Below, piece by piece: positions 15,618-32,000 of a DNA stretch of 32,000 nt. The first letter of the stretch is position 1; the number at the start of each line of letters is the position of its first letter. Source of the stretch: Bizionia sp. (lineage in GTDB: Bacteria > Bacteroidota > Bacteroidia > Flavobacteriales > Flavobacteriaceae); the NCBI GenBank assembly GCA_020631395.1, contig JAHDHI010000002.1:34100-66099 (forward strand). Reading direction: 5' to 3'. The notes under the pieces are model-generated. The model saw only the letters and a list, made by a program, of their open reading frames with translations. It had not been told where the DNA came from and did no database searches. Made by a program: the position numbers and the translations under genes.

Positions 15618-17498
15618 TTATTTTTTCGGAATCAATGAAATTAATCCAGAAGCTGGGACATCGAACGCATGCACTCCCTTTTTCAGTTTAATTCTATCTT
15701 TCTTTACTTCTTTTCCTTTACAATCATAGATGGCATAATTGTAATCTTGTTTTTCTCCAACAACATCTATTATGATTTTGTTTGAGGTCTTGGCATTGAT
15801 TATGTCCATTTCTTTTACCGAAGAGACGTTTACGACCACATTGCCATACAATGCAACAATCTTTTTATGTCGATCTTCACTTGAGATCATCGGATAGTTG
15901 CTCTGTGGAGCATATGGAATGAATTCCCCTTCCAATATCAAGCTTCTATTTTTCAACCAATAATCGGTATAGAAGCGAACCATTTCAAAATGGTCTTTTG
16001 GAATGTCTGCCAATTTCACCGAAATTTGAGGTACGGAAAACATGACGTTCAACAATTGAAGTGCTGCATTTTCTGTAGATTCGTTATTGTGCCACATCAA
16101 CATGTCCGAATGCACTGCTGTGTTGCCACTCAACAATCTCAAATCCGTGGTAGCCACCCTATTTATCAATGCCACGTTGGGACAATCTCCTGCTCTAAGC
16201 ATATTACCATACTTTCTCATTGCTGGCCCTGTGTATGGTTGTCTGAATTCCACCATTATGTCTGGCTTCACGTCTCTCAAAGAAGACATCAAATCAGTCA
16301 TCAATCTATCTGTTCCCTCATTTACGGAAGCATAGTCACGACCTCCTTCTGCAACTAAATCCGTATCTTTTCTTGCTCTGAATGTACCCAGAAAATCCAA
16401 TTTGAAGCCGTCCAAATCCCACTCTCTAACTGCTTTTACATAAGTTTCGATAATGAACGATCTCACTTTTGGAAATCTAGGATCCAACACATAGGTTCCT
16501 TGCCCTTCCCAATAGGACAGAAATTTTCCTTTCATCTTCTCATAGGCGGCAGATTTTTCTCCAACAAACGGAACGGCATACCATAAGATGAATTTCATAT
16601 CCAAGTCGTGTACGGCCTCAACAAACCCTTTCATGTCTTCTATGCGTTCAGGATTCCAATCGCCTGTATAGGCATATCCTCTGTTGCTATCCAATGTCTG
16701 CCAACCATCATCCACTATTATGGACTCGAAACCCATCGTCTTTGCCAGTTTGCATTCTTTGACCAATTCCTCTTTTGATACATTTTGATGATAGCTGTAC
16801 CAACTTGAATACACTGGCAATTTAGCTGCTTCTGGCACAATTGCCGGCTTGTACAAGTCAAAGGTCGTCCACCAAGAAGCCACTTCCTGCAATGCTCTTG
16901 AAAAAGGAATCTCTCGTGTATCAAATCTCAATTGCACCTTGTACTCCTTGACTTCTTTATGTTTTTCAGTAAAAAGTTGCACCTCATTGTACATCATTCC
17001 GTTTTCCTCTTTTACGGAAGTGCTGGTAATTACCGTATTCAATGCTTCGGATACTGCAAAGGTTTGTCTGTTTGCATCATCATATCCAAACAAGGAAATC
17101 ACTGGGGCATGCCTTGACAGCATGGATTTCACTTTTGCTGGCCCCCAATCCGGGGTAATGGTCTTATTCAAAAAAGCACTACTACTCCAATAACCTGCAA
17201 TGTTGTTGGAAGGTACGGCCCATTTTATGGATAACTTCTCAGGAATGAACTTTTCTCCACTACTTAGTGTAATGGTGGCTATTTCCAGACCTCGTTGTTT
17301 TTTATCTACTTCTACCTTTAGTTCTGCATTGTCCGACTCGTAAATCAAATCGATGTCGTTGTCGGAGAGTTTGAAGCTTTCCTTCGATTCTTGTGCATTC
17401 CCATTCATAATACATAAGGATAACACAAAAAACAGCATTGCCCTCCCTTCTCTTTTAAAGACACAACCAATCGGTTTATCCCAATTCAAATACCTCAT
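15618..17498 (-). CDS. Clan GH-D (GH36/GH27-like) alpha-galactosidase-like glycoside hydrolase
   Basis: 626-aa ORF. It has IIVDDGWQ (DDGW motif), DGFKLDFLG (K-x-D nucleophile-type motif) and MLRAGDCP (R-x-x-D acid/base-type motif), in the order seen in clan GH-D melibiase-type enzymes. The hydrophobic signal MLFFVLSLCIMNGNAQ begins at M21, so the true start may be 17438 rather than 17498. Confidence 0.7.
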   Translation of the reverse strand: MRYLNWDKPIGCVFKREGRAMLFFVLSLCIMNGNAQESKESFKLSDNDIDLIYESDNAELKVEVDKKQRGLEIATITLSSGEKFIPEKLSIKWAVPSNNIAGYWSSSAFLNKTITPDWGPAKVKSMLSRHAPVISLFGYDDANRQTFAVSEALNTVITSTSVKEENGMMYNEVQLFTEKHKEVKEYKVQLRFDTREIPFSRALQEVASWWTTFDLYKPAIVPEAAKLPVYSSWYSYHQNVSKEELVKECKLAKTMGFESIIVDDGWQTLDSNRGYAYTGDWNPERIEDMKGFVEAVHDLDMKFILWYAVPFVGEKSAAYEKMKGKFLSYWEGQGTYVLDPRFPKVRSFIIETYVKAVREWDLDGFKLDFLGTFRARKDTDLVAEGGRDYASVNEGTDRLMTDLMSSLRDVKPDIMVEFRQPYTGPAMRKYGNMLRAGDCPNVALINRVATTDLRLLSGNTAVHSDMLMWHNNESTENAALQLLNVMFSVPQISVKLADIPKDHFEMVRFYTDYWLKNRSLILEGEFIPYAPQSNYPMISSEDRHKKIVALYGNVVVNVSSVKEMDIINAKTSNKIIIDVVGEKQDYNYAIYDCKGKEVKKDRIKLKKGVHAFDVPASGLISLIPKK

Positions 17499-17586
17499 TC
17501 ACTTTTTTTTGACTAAAATAGCGTTAAATATACAAAAAAACCAACCAGTAGCTACTAGTTTATTTTTTTATTGATATCTTCGTCAA
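17499..17586. promoter_or_regulatory. Divergent control region between the minus-strand GH/sulfatase operon and the plus-strand GntR-led operon; contains a candidate operator palindrome
   Basis: This 88-bp AT-rich spacer is the only non-coding DNA between two divergent operons. It holds a perfect 10-bp palindrome AGTAGCTACT (17547-17556). The palindrome extends to 18 bp with one mismatch pair (17543-17560) and is flanked symmetrically by A7 (17534-17540) and T7 (17563-17569). I could not place promoter boxes confidently. Confidence 0.5.
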
Positions 17587-18582
17587 ATGAATTTTATGAT
17601 TAAAGAAAATACTGGTATCCCGAAATACAAGCAAATTATCAAATCCATAGAAGAGTCCATCCTCAACGGAGTCTATAAAAGGGGTGATAAATTGCCTTCG
17701 ATTAACAGTATTAAGTTTAGATTTTCCTTGTCTAGAGACACCGTTCTACTTGCTTATAACGATCTCAAGACAAGAGGCATCATACAATCCGTACCTGGCA
17801 AAGGGTATTATGTAAAGACGGAAAACGTAGATACTCAGCAAAAGATATTCCTCCTTTTCGACGAGTTGAATGGATTTAAAGAAGAACTCTTCAATTCGTT
17901 CATAGAAAATCTTGGAGACAACATCGAGGTCGATATTTTCTTCCATCACTTCAATCACAATGTATTCAATAAACTCATATATGACAACATAGGCATATAC
18001 AACACCTATGTCATCATGCCTGCCAATTTGAAGGAAACCAATATTTTCCTAGAAAGATTGCCAACCGACAGGGTTTACATTCTTGATCAAATGCATCAAG
18101 AACTATCCAAATACCCCTCCATATTCCAAAACTTTGAAAAGGATATTTTCAGCGCATTGTCGAACGGATTGGAATTGCTAAGGAAGTATAAAAAATTGAT
18201 TCTACTCTTTCAAAAGGACATAGAGCCTACAGGAATGCTCCATGGTTTTGAAAAATTTTGTATGAAAAACGATTTTGAATACGAAGTAATAGATACGATC
18301 GGAGATAGAATACCTGAAAAGGGAGAAGTCTACTTAATCCCAGATGACAGAAATCTAATTCGGGTGATTAAGAAAATCAAAGAACTCGATTTGATTCTTT
18401 CCAAAGATCTTGGCATCATCTCATATAACGACACATTGCTAAAAGAAATTGTAGAGGATGGCATTACCACCATATCCACGGATTTCAAGGCAATGGGAAA
18501 ACGTTTGGCCGAAATGATCATCAACAAAGAGTTTGCACAAATAGAAAACCCCAACAATTTAATCATACGAAAATCCCTCTAA
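17587..18582 (+). CDS. GntR-family transcriptional regulator with C-terminal sugar-binding (LacI/PBP1-like) domain
   Basis: 331-aa ORF. The N-terminal winged-HTH IPKYKQIIKSIEESILNGVYKRGDKLPSINSIKFRFSLSRDTVLLAYNDLKTRGIIQSVPGKGYYV is classic GntR. The remaining ~250 aa have the alternating beta-alpha pattern of periplasmic-binding-protein-type effector domains. It is the first gene of the plus-strand operon, 4 nt before the next gene. Confidence 0.85.
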   Translation: MNFMIKENTGIPKYKQIIKSIEESILNGVYKRGDKLPSINSIKFRFSLSRDTVLLAYNDLKTRGIIQSVPGKGYYVKTENVDTQQKIFLLFDELNGFKEELFNSFIENLGDNIEVDIFFHHFNHNVFNKLIYDNIGIYNTYVIMPANLKETNIFLERLPTDRVYILDQMHQELSKYPSIFQNFEKDIFSALSNGLELLRKYKKLILLFQKDIEPTGMLHGFEKFCMKNDFEYEVIDTIGDRIPEKGEVYLIPDDRNLIRVIKKIKELDLILSKDLGIISYNDTLLKEIVEDGITTISTDFKAMGKRLAEMIINKEFAQIENPNNLIIRKSL

Positions 18583-18586
18583 AGCC

Positions 18587-19487
18587 ATGTTACTTTTTGA
18601 CATAGAATCCATTGAAGACAAAAACAACGCATTAGGTTATTTAAAGCTACAAAGCCCCAATAAGAGATCACATGCAAAAATTGCTCTTAATTTAGGAGCC
18701 AGTTTGCAAGAGCTATACATAAACGACAAATCCATAATTGAAACAGGCGACATGGACTATGGAAGCAGCTATGCCTCATCGGTTCTATTCCCTTTTGTCA
18801 ACAGGGTGAAAGAAGGCAAATACACTTTCGACGAAAACGAATATCTTTTGGAAACAAATGCGAAAGAAGAAAAGAATGCTCTTCATGGCTTGATTTACGA
18901 CAAGACCTTCAAGGTAATCACAAAAGAAATCACAAAAGATCGAGCTTCTGCCACATTGGAATACAAAGAAACGCGTAAACCCAAAGGGTTTCCTTTCAAT
19001 TACTCCATTGCACTCAAATACACTTTGACCAATACAGATTTAAAACTGAAAGTATCCGTAAAGAACATAGATACCAAACCCTTCCCTTTCAATATAGGTT
19101 GGCATCCTTATTTTTCGAGTAGCGATCTATACAACAGTTTCATCGGGATTGAGAGCAGTAAGAAATTCGTAGTGGATGAGGCCATGATCCCTATAAAAAC
19201 TGAGGACATATCACTCGATCAATTTCTTCAAATAAAAGATAGCTCCTTTGATGATTGCTTTATTCTGAATAAAAACAATGTAAATTTCAAAACACCAGAT
19301 TACGAAATAGAACTCAGTACTTCCTATGAGGAAAACTACCTACAGATATATACCCCAAAAAACAGAAAACACATAGCCATAGAACCAACCACCGCTCCTG
19401 CCGATAGTTTTAACAATAGTTACGGATTACAAGTTTTAAAACCTGAAGATACACACAAGATAAGTTGGATGATTAACCTGAAAAGCT

Positions 19488-19504
<17 letters not shown>
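18587..19504 (+). CDS. Aldose 1-epimerase (galactose mutarotase-like) family protein, cytoplasmic
   Basis: 305-aa ORF with no signal peptide. It has NALHGLIY and FNIGWHPYF, the conserved His-containing motifs of the aldose-epimerase fold. Its 3' end overlaps the next gene by 17 nt. Confidence 0.8.
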
Positions 19505-24810
<5,306 letters not shown>

Positions 24811-24817
24811 AATAGCA

Positions 24818-25810
24818 ATGAGCTACACAAATTTACAAATCACCATACAACAAGCCGAAAGCATCCTTTGGGATCTTTTCAACATTAGGGGCACGGCCTC
24901 AACTCTTCCAGGTGAAGTGGATTTCAACTTTAGGATAAAGATAGAAGATGAAGATGGTTACATCTTAAAGATATCACGCCCGGATGAAGATGAAACGTAT
25001 CTGGATTTTCAGCAAAAACTCTTACAGTTCGTAGAAGGTAGCAAAGCCAACATTACGGCCCCAAAGGTGATAAGAGATAAAAAGGGAAACTCCATTTCAG
25101 AAATCACCGATGATTTTGGCAATCAAAGAAAAGTGCGCTTGCTCTCTTGGATTTCAGGAAGAGTTTGGAGTGACGTGAACCCTCAATTGGATGATTTACG
25201 CTTTAGCTTGGGAGAACAATGTGGTTTGTTAACTAAAGCCCTACAAGGGTTCGACCATTCTGAAGGCCATCGAGAGTTTGAATGGGACGTATCACAATCA
25301 CTTTGGACTACAAGTCATCTCGACTTGTTCTCTTCGAATGAAAAAAAGATACTTTCCTCCTTTCAAAAACAATTTGAAGCTTCACAAAACGAGTATTCGA
25401 AATTAAGAAAGGCAATAGTTCACAATGATGCCAACGACAACAATGTCATTGTTTCCAATGACCTTTTAGCTCCCACCGTAAAAGCTGCAATAGACTATGG
25501 AGATGCCATCCATACCCAAATAATAAACGACCTTGCCATTAGCTGTGCATATTGCATAATGCATCATAACGATCCATTGGAAGCGTCCCTGCCAATTGTA
25601 AAAGGCTATCACTCCTCTTTTCCCTTACGGGAGGAAGAATTGACTCATTTGTACATTGCCATCGCCATGCGATTGGTCATCTCCGTCACCAAATCGGCCA
25701 TAAACAAAATCAAGGAACCCGACAACGCCTATTTGTTGATAAGTGAAAAACCTGCTTGGGAGGTTCTAAAGAAATGGCATTTGATTAATCCTGACTTTGC
25801 AGAATACAGC
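24818..25810 (+). other. Domain 1 of the fusion: aminoglycoside-phosphotransferase (APH)/choline-kinase-fold kinase domain (boundaries approximate)
   Basis: Catalytic loop HNDANDNN (H-x-D-x4-N, 25421-25444) and metal-binding IDYGD (25490-25504). The upstream YILKISRP provides the nucleotide-binding Lys-type motif. The order and spacing fit the APH / homoserine-kinase-II / hydroxylysine-kinase fold. Confidence 0.75.
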
Positions 25811-27844
25811 TTTAGAGCCACCTGCGGATTTACTGCTCATCCAAAACAAGAAGCATTTGAAAATTGGGCATCGAAAGAGCTATTTCAACTTTCAGATCTA
25901 TTTCCATCCATTGCAAGGAACGAAGTCCATCATTTGGATTTAAGCGTTTCAAGCAAATGGATTGGACACCAACAAGACTTCAATGACTTGGACTTATTTC
26001 AGTTCAAGATAGATCAACTTCAAAAAACGATTCCAAACAAAATTATAGCAGGAGGCTATTTGGAGCCACGTCCCATATACACTTCGACCTCCTATGACGT
26101 GATTGGAAACAAAGGGAGAGAGAGCAGAAGCATCCATTTGGGAGTAGATTACTGGCTACCCGCCAACACGCCAGTCCATGCCTTGTTGGAAGGTGAAGTT
26201 GTCATTGCCACAAATGATGCTGGCAATAAAGAGTATGGGGGTTTGGTCGTTTTGAAACATAACATCTCCAATTTGGAATTCTATACCTTGTATGGGCATC
26301 TGTCCGTTGCTAGCGCAACAGGGCACAATCTAGGAGATACCATTGAAAAAGGAGAAAAGATTGCCGAACTTGGCTCACCTTCTGAAAACGGCAATTGGGC
26401 GCCACATCTGCATTTTCAAGTCATGCTTTCCCTTTTTGGACATACCGACGACTTTCCTGGGGTAGCTTTTTTCAATCAGATGGAACAATGGAAAAGCATT
26501 TGTCCAAATCCAAATTTATTGTTTAAATCTGAAACCCTTCAAAAGAATGACGCAATCTCCAATGAGGAATTGATAAGCTACAGAAAGCAACATTTGGGCA
26601 AGAGTTTAAGCCTACAATATAAAAATCCCATTAAAATGGTTCGTGGAGCTGGTCAATATTTGATGGACCAATACGGACAAAAGTATTTGGACACGGTAAA
26701 CAATGTAGCTCATGTTGGCCATGAACATTATGGAGTAGTAAAGGCTGGACAAGAGCAAATGGCCCTTATCAACACCAATTCTCGCTACTTGCATGAAAAC
26801 ATAAATGCCTTGGCCAAAGAACTCATAGACACCCTACCTCCAGAATTAAATGTCTTGCATTTTGTCAACTCCGGCAGTGAGGCCAATGAATTGGCCATAC
26901 GAATGGTAAAGGCCAATACTGGAGAAAGAGATATCGTAGCCAGTGAGGTGGGCTATCATGGAAATGCCAACATGTGCATTGACATAAGCTCCTACAAGTT
27001 TGACGGCAAAGGTGGACAAGGTGCTCCGGAACACACCCATATTTTCCCATTGCCAGATACTTTTAGAGGAAAATACAGAGGAAAAGACGCAGCAGACAAA
27101 TATGTCGAGGAAATACAAAGGCAAATCGACATCATTCATCAAAAAGGTCGTGGTGTTGGAGCATTCATCATAGAGCCAATAATAAGTTGTGGTGGGCAAA
27201 TAGAATTGCCTGAAGGTTTTTTACAAAAAGCATACGAAACCATTAGAAACGCAGGTGGCCTATGTATTTCAGACGAAGTACAAACGGGTTGTGGAAGAAT
27301 GGGGAGAACCTTTTGGGGCTTTCAATTGCATGAAGTGGTACCAGACATCGTAACCATAGGAAAACCATTGGGCAACGGACACCCAGTAGCAGCAGTAGCC
27401 TGCACGCAGGAAGTTGCAGATGCCTTTGCCAATGGGATGGAATACTTCAATACCTTTGGAGGCAATCCCGTTTCTTGCGCCATAGCAACAAAAGTACTTC
27501 AAACCGTAAAACGAGAGGGGCTTCAAGAAAACGCATGGAAAGTTGGCGAATACTTAAAAGCCGAGTTGAAAACATTGGCTCAAGATTTTCCAATAGTAGG
27601 TGACGTACGTGGACAAGGTTTGTTTTTGGGAATTGAATTGGTTGATGCCAACTTGAATCCGTTGGCGAATCAGACCGATTATTTGGCCAACCGAATGAAA
27701 GACCATGGCATTTTAATGAGTACCGATGGTCCAGATCACAATGTACTAAAAATCAAACCTCCCATTGTATTCACCAAAGACAATGCGGAAGAGCTATTAT
27801 TCTATTTGAAGAAAGTCCTTGCTGAGGATTTCATGAAACTTTAA
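24818..27844 (+). CDS. Tri-domain fusion protein: APH/hydroxylysine-kinase-like phosphotransferase + M23 metallopeptidase-like domain + class-III PLP enzyme of the ETNPPL/PHYKPL (amino-alcohol-phosphate phospho-lyase) type
   Basis: 1008-aa ORF with no signal peptide or TM segment. Domain motifs are listed in the three sub-features below. The C-terminal third aligns by eye over long stretches with human ETNPPL/PHYKPL as I remember them ([51 protein letters not shown]). Confidence 0.85.
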   Translation: MSYTNLQITIQQAESILWDLFNIRGTASTLPGEVDFNFRIKIEDEDGYILKISRPDEDETYLDFQQKLLQFVEGSKANITAPKVIRDKKGNSISEITDDFGNQRKVRLLSWISGRVWSDVNPQLDDLRFSLGEQCGLLTKALQGFDHSEGHREFEWDVSQSLWTTSHLDLFSSNEKKILSSFQKQFEASQNEYSKLRKAIVHNDANDNNVIVSNDLLAPTVKAAIDYGDAIHTQIINDLAISCAYCIMHHNDPLEASLPIVKGYHSSFPLREEELTHLYIAIAMRLVISVTKSAINKIKEPDNAYLLISEKPAWEVLKKWHLINPDFAEYSFRATCGFTAHPKQEAFENWASKELFQLSDLFPSIARNEVHHLDLSVSSKWIGHQQDFNDLDLFQFKIDQLQKTIPNKIIAGGYLEPRPIYTSTSYDVIGNKGRESRSIHLGVDYWLPANTPVHALLEGEVVIATNDAGNKEYGGLVVLKHNISNLEFYTLYGHLSVASATGHNLGDTIEKGEKIAELGSPSENGNWAPHLHFQVMLSLFGHTDDFPGVAFFNQMEQWKSICPNPNLLFKSETLQKNDAISNEELISYRKQHLGKSLSLQYKNPIKMVRGAGQYLMDQYGQKYLDTVNNVAHVGHEHYGVVKAGQEQMALINTNSRYLHENINALAKELIDTLPPELNVLHFVNSGSEANELAIRMVKANTGERDIVASEVGYHGNANMCIDISSYKFDGKGGQGAPEHTHIFPLPDTFRGKYRGKDAADKYVEEIQRQIDIIHQKGRGVGAFIIEPIISCGGQIELPEGFLQKAYETIRNAGGLCISDEVQTGCGRMGRTFWGFQLHEVVPDIVTIGKPLGNGHPVAAVACTQEVADAFANGMEYFNTFGGNPVSCAIATKVLQTVKREGLQENAWKVGEYLKAELKTLAQDFPIVGDVRGQGLFLGIELVDANLNPLANQTDYLANRMKDHGILMSTDGPDHNVLKIKPPIVFTKDNAEELLFYLKKVLAEDFMKL
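26060..26440 (+). other. Domain 2 of the fusion: M23 (LytM/lysostaphin-type) domain with intact zinc ligand motifs (boundaries approximate)
   Basis: HLGVD (H-x3-D, 26135-26149) and HLHFQV (H-x-H, 26405-26413), with YTLYGHLS between them. This is the full M23 metal-binding signature, located internally in a protein that has no export signal. Confidence 0.7.
26560..27844 (+). other. Domain 3 of the fusion: class-III aminotransferase-fold PLP domain, ETNPPL/PHYKPL-like (boundaries approximate)
   Basis: Motifs: [23 protein letters not shown], the PLP-Asp DEVQTG (Asp819, codon 27272-27274) and the Schiff-base Lys in [11 protein letters not shown] (Lys849, codon 27362-27364). The GKP(L/M)GNGHPVA and NVLKIKPP blocks are, in my memory, diagnostic of the AGXT2L1/AGXT2L2 phospho-lyase clade rather than of true transaminases. 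Confidence 0.75.
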
Positions 27845-30994
<3,150 letters not shown>

Positions 30995-30997
30995 ATT

Positions 30998-32000
30998 ATG
31001 CAATTTTTAACCTTTATAGGCTTTACAATTCTCGTTGCTTTAATTTCCTATCTAAAAACAAGAAAAACAAATGAAAATACTTCTGATGGCTATTTTCTTG
31101 GAGGAAGAAGTTTGACTGCAGGAGTAATTGCCGGGTCTTTATTACTCACGAACCTATCCACAGAACAAATTGTCGGATTAAATGGATCTGCCTATGAAAG
31201 TGGTCTATCGGTGATGGTTTGGGAAACTTTGGCTGCAATTGCAATGGTGGTGACTGCTATGTTTTTACTGCCAAGATATCTAAAAGGAGGGTTAACAACG
31301 ATTCCTGAGTTTTTGGCAAAGAGGTTTGATGTTGCTACAAAGACTTGGACTTCCGTCCTATTCTTAACTGGTTACGTAGTGGTATTGTTGCCAGTCATCT
31401 TGTATTCAGGATCTTTGGCAATTAGCGGCATGTTCAATATTCCCGAATTATTGGGCATTACACATACACAATCCATTTGGCTTTGTGTTTGGGGCATTGG
31501 CATAGTTGGTTCCATATATGCCGTTTTTGGAGGCCTTAAGGCAGTTGCCATATCCGACTCCATCAATGCAATAGGCTTGTTGATTGGTGGAATATTGATT
31601 CCTGTCTTTGGGTTGTTATTGATAGGAGATGGAAGCATTATTGATGGGCTTTCCGTCTTGACTACCGAAAACCCCGAAAAGTTCAAATCTATGGGAGGCC
31701 CAACAGACCCTGTTCCTTTTTACACCATCTTCACGGGAATGATGCTCGTGCAATTGTTTTATTGGGGAACTAATCAACAAATCATACAAAGAGCATTAGG
31801 AGCAAAAGACTTAAAAGAAGGGCAAAAAGGGTTGCTATTGGCTTCTTTCATAAAAATTCTAGGTCCCATAATTGTGGTGTTACCAGGATTAATTGCCTTT
31901 CATGTGTTTGATGGAAGTTTAGAGGCTTCGGATAAAGCCTATCCTATGTTAGTAAACAAAGTTCTACCGAAAGCTTGGATTGGTTTCTTTGCTGCAGTAC
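30998..32000 (+). CDS. Sodium:solute symporter (SSS/SGLT family), 3' end cut by window edge
   Basis: This gene is not in the ORF track because no stop is reached. ATG at 30998, 3 nt after the GH2 stop, is open to the window end. The translation MQFLTFIGFTILVALISYLKTRKTNENTSDGYFLGGRSLTAGVIAGSLLLTNLSTEQIVGLNGSAYESGLSVMVWE..LPRYLKGGLTTIPEFLAKRFD is the canonical SSS-family N-terminus (DYFLGGR, TN.S.EQ..G). Confidence 0.85.
   Translation, partial: MQFLTFIGFTILVALISYLKTRKTNENTSDGYFLGGRSLTAGVIAGSLLLTNLSTEQIVGLNGSAYESGLSVMVWETLAAIAMVVTAMFLLPRYLKGGLTTIPEFLAKRFDVATKTWTSVLFLTGYVVVLLPVILYSGSLAISGMFNIPELLGITHTQSIWLCVWGIGIVGSIYAVFGGLKAVAISDSINAIGLLIGGILIPVFGLLLIGDGSIIDGLSVLTTENPEKFKSMGGPTDPVPFYTIFTGMMLVQLFYWGTNQQIIQRALGAKDLKEGQKGLLLASFIKILGPIIVVLPGLIAFHVFDGSLEASDKAYPMLVNKVLPKAWIGFFAAV

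Noticed and set aside
26060-26440. M23 domain read as a secreted peptidoglycan hydrolase or lysis function
   Set aside because: The domain is internal to a 1008-aa protein with no signal peptide or TM segment and sits between two metabolic domains. No phage, toxin or cell-wall genes are nearby.
31372-31686. 104-aa minus-strand ORF near the right edge
   Set aside because: It is antisense to the open frame that encodes a canonical SSS-family N-terminus starting at 30998.

Overview
This is a densely coding, AT-rich window that looks like chromosomal DNA from a marine Bacteroidota (Flavobacteriia-type) organism. Many products begin with lipoprotein signal peptides (lipobox ending in C), and the gene content fits that group: a BlaI/M56 pair, GH97, FGE plus sulfatase, and a GntR-sugar-binding hybrid regulator. 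I support 20 protein-coding genes (2 truncated by the window edges), 2 convincing intrinsic terminators and 2 further inverted repeats. I saw no rRNA or tRNA genes, CRISPR array, transposase, integrase or prophage signal. Layout: (i) 1-2494 holds a blaI-like / M56 blaR1-like signalling pair. (ii) 2657-5876 holds a DUF4407 membrane protein, an S28/S37-like serine peptidase and a small lipoprotein. (iii) 6052-8047 holds a translationally coupled OCD/mu-crystallin + proline-racemase-family pair, whose Cys/Thr active-site pattern predicts trans-3-hydroxy-L-proline dehydratase. (iv) 8141-17498 is one long minus-strand gene string: clan GH-D alpha-galactosidase-like enzyme, GH97, S1 sulfatase, FGE, NhaC-family transporter, Cys/Met-type PLP lyase. 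(v) 17587 to the window end is a divergently transcribed, very tightly packed plus-strand operon. It encodes a GntR regulator, aldose 1-epimerase, GH63/GH37-like alpha-glycosidase, GH2 beta-galactosidase, a 1008-aa tri-domain fusion, a second GH2 beta-galactosidase and a Na+/solute symporter. The fusion has no signal peptide and joins an APH-type kinase, an M23 domain and an ETNPPL/PHYKPL-type class-III PLP enzyme. The most interesting signal is (v). An amino-alcohol kinase / phospho-lyase module, whose vertebrate homologues degrade 5-hydroxylysine, sits between two LacZ-type beta-galactosidases and downstream of an alpha-glucosidase-like enzyme. I hypothesise this is an undescribed bacterial pathway for collagen-type glycosylated hydroxylysine (Glc-alpha1,2-Gal-beta-O-Hyl), and the 3-hydroxyproline genes 10 kb away fit that theme. 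All functional calls rest on motif recognition by eye. No database search or computation was run.
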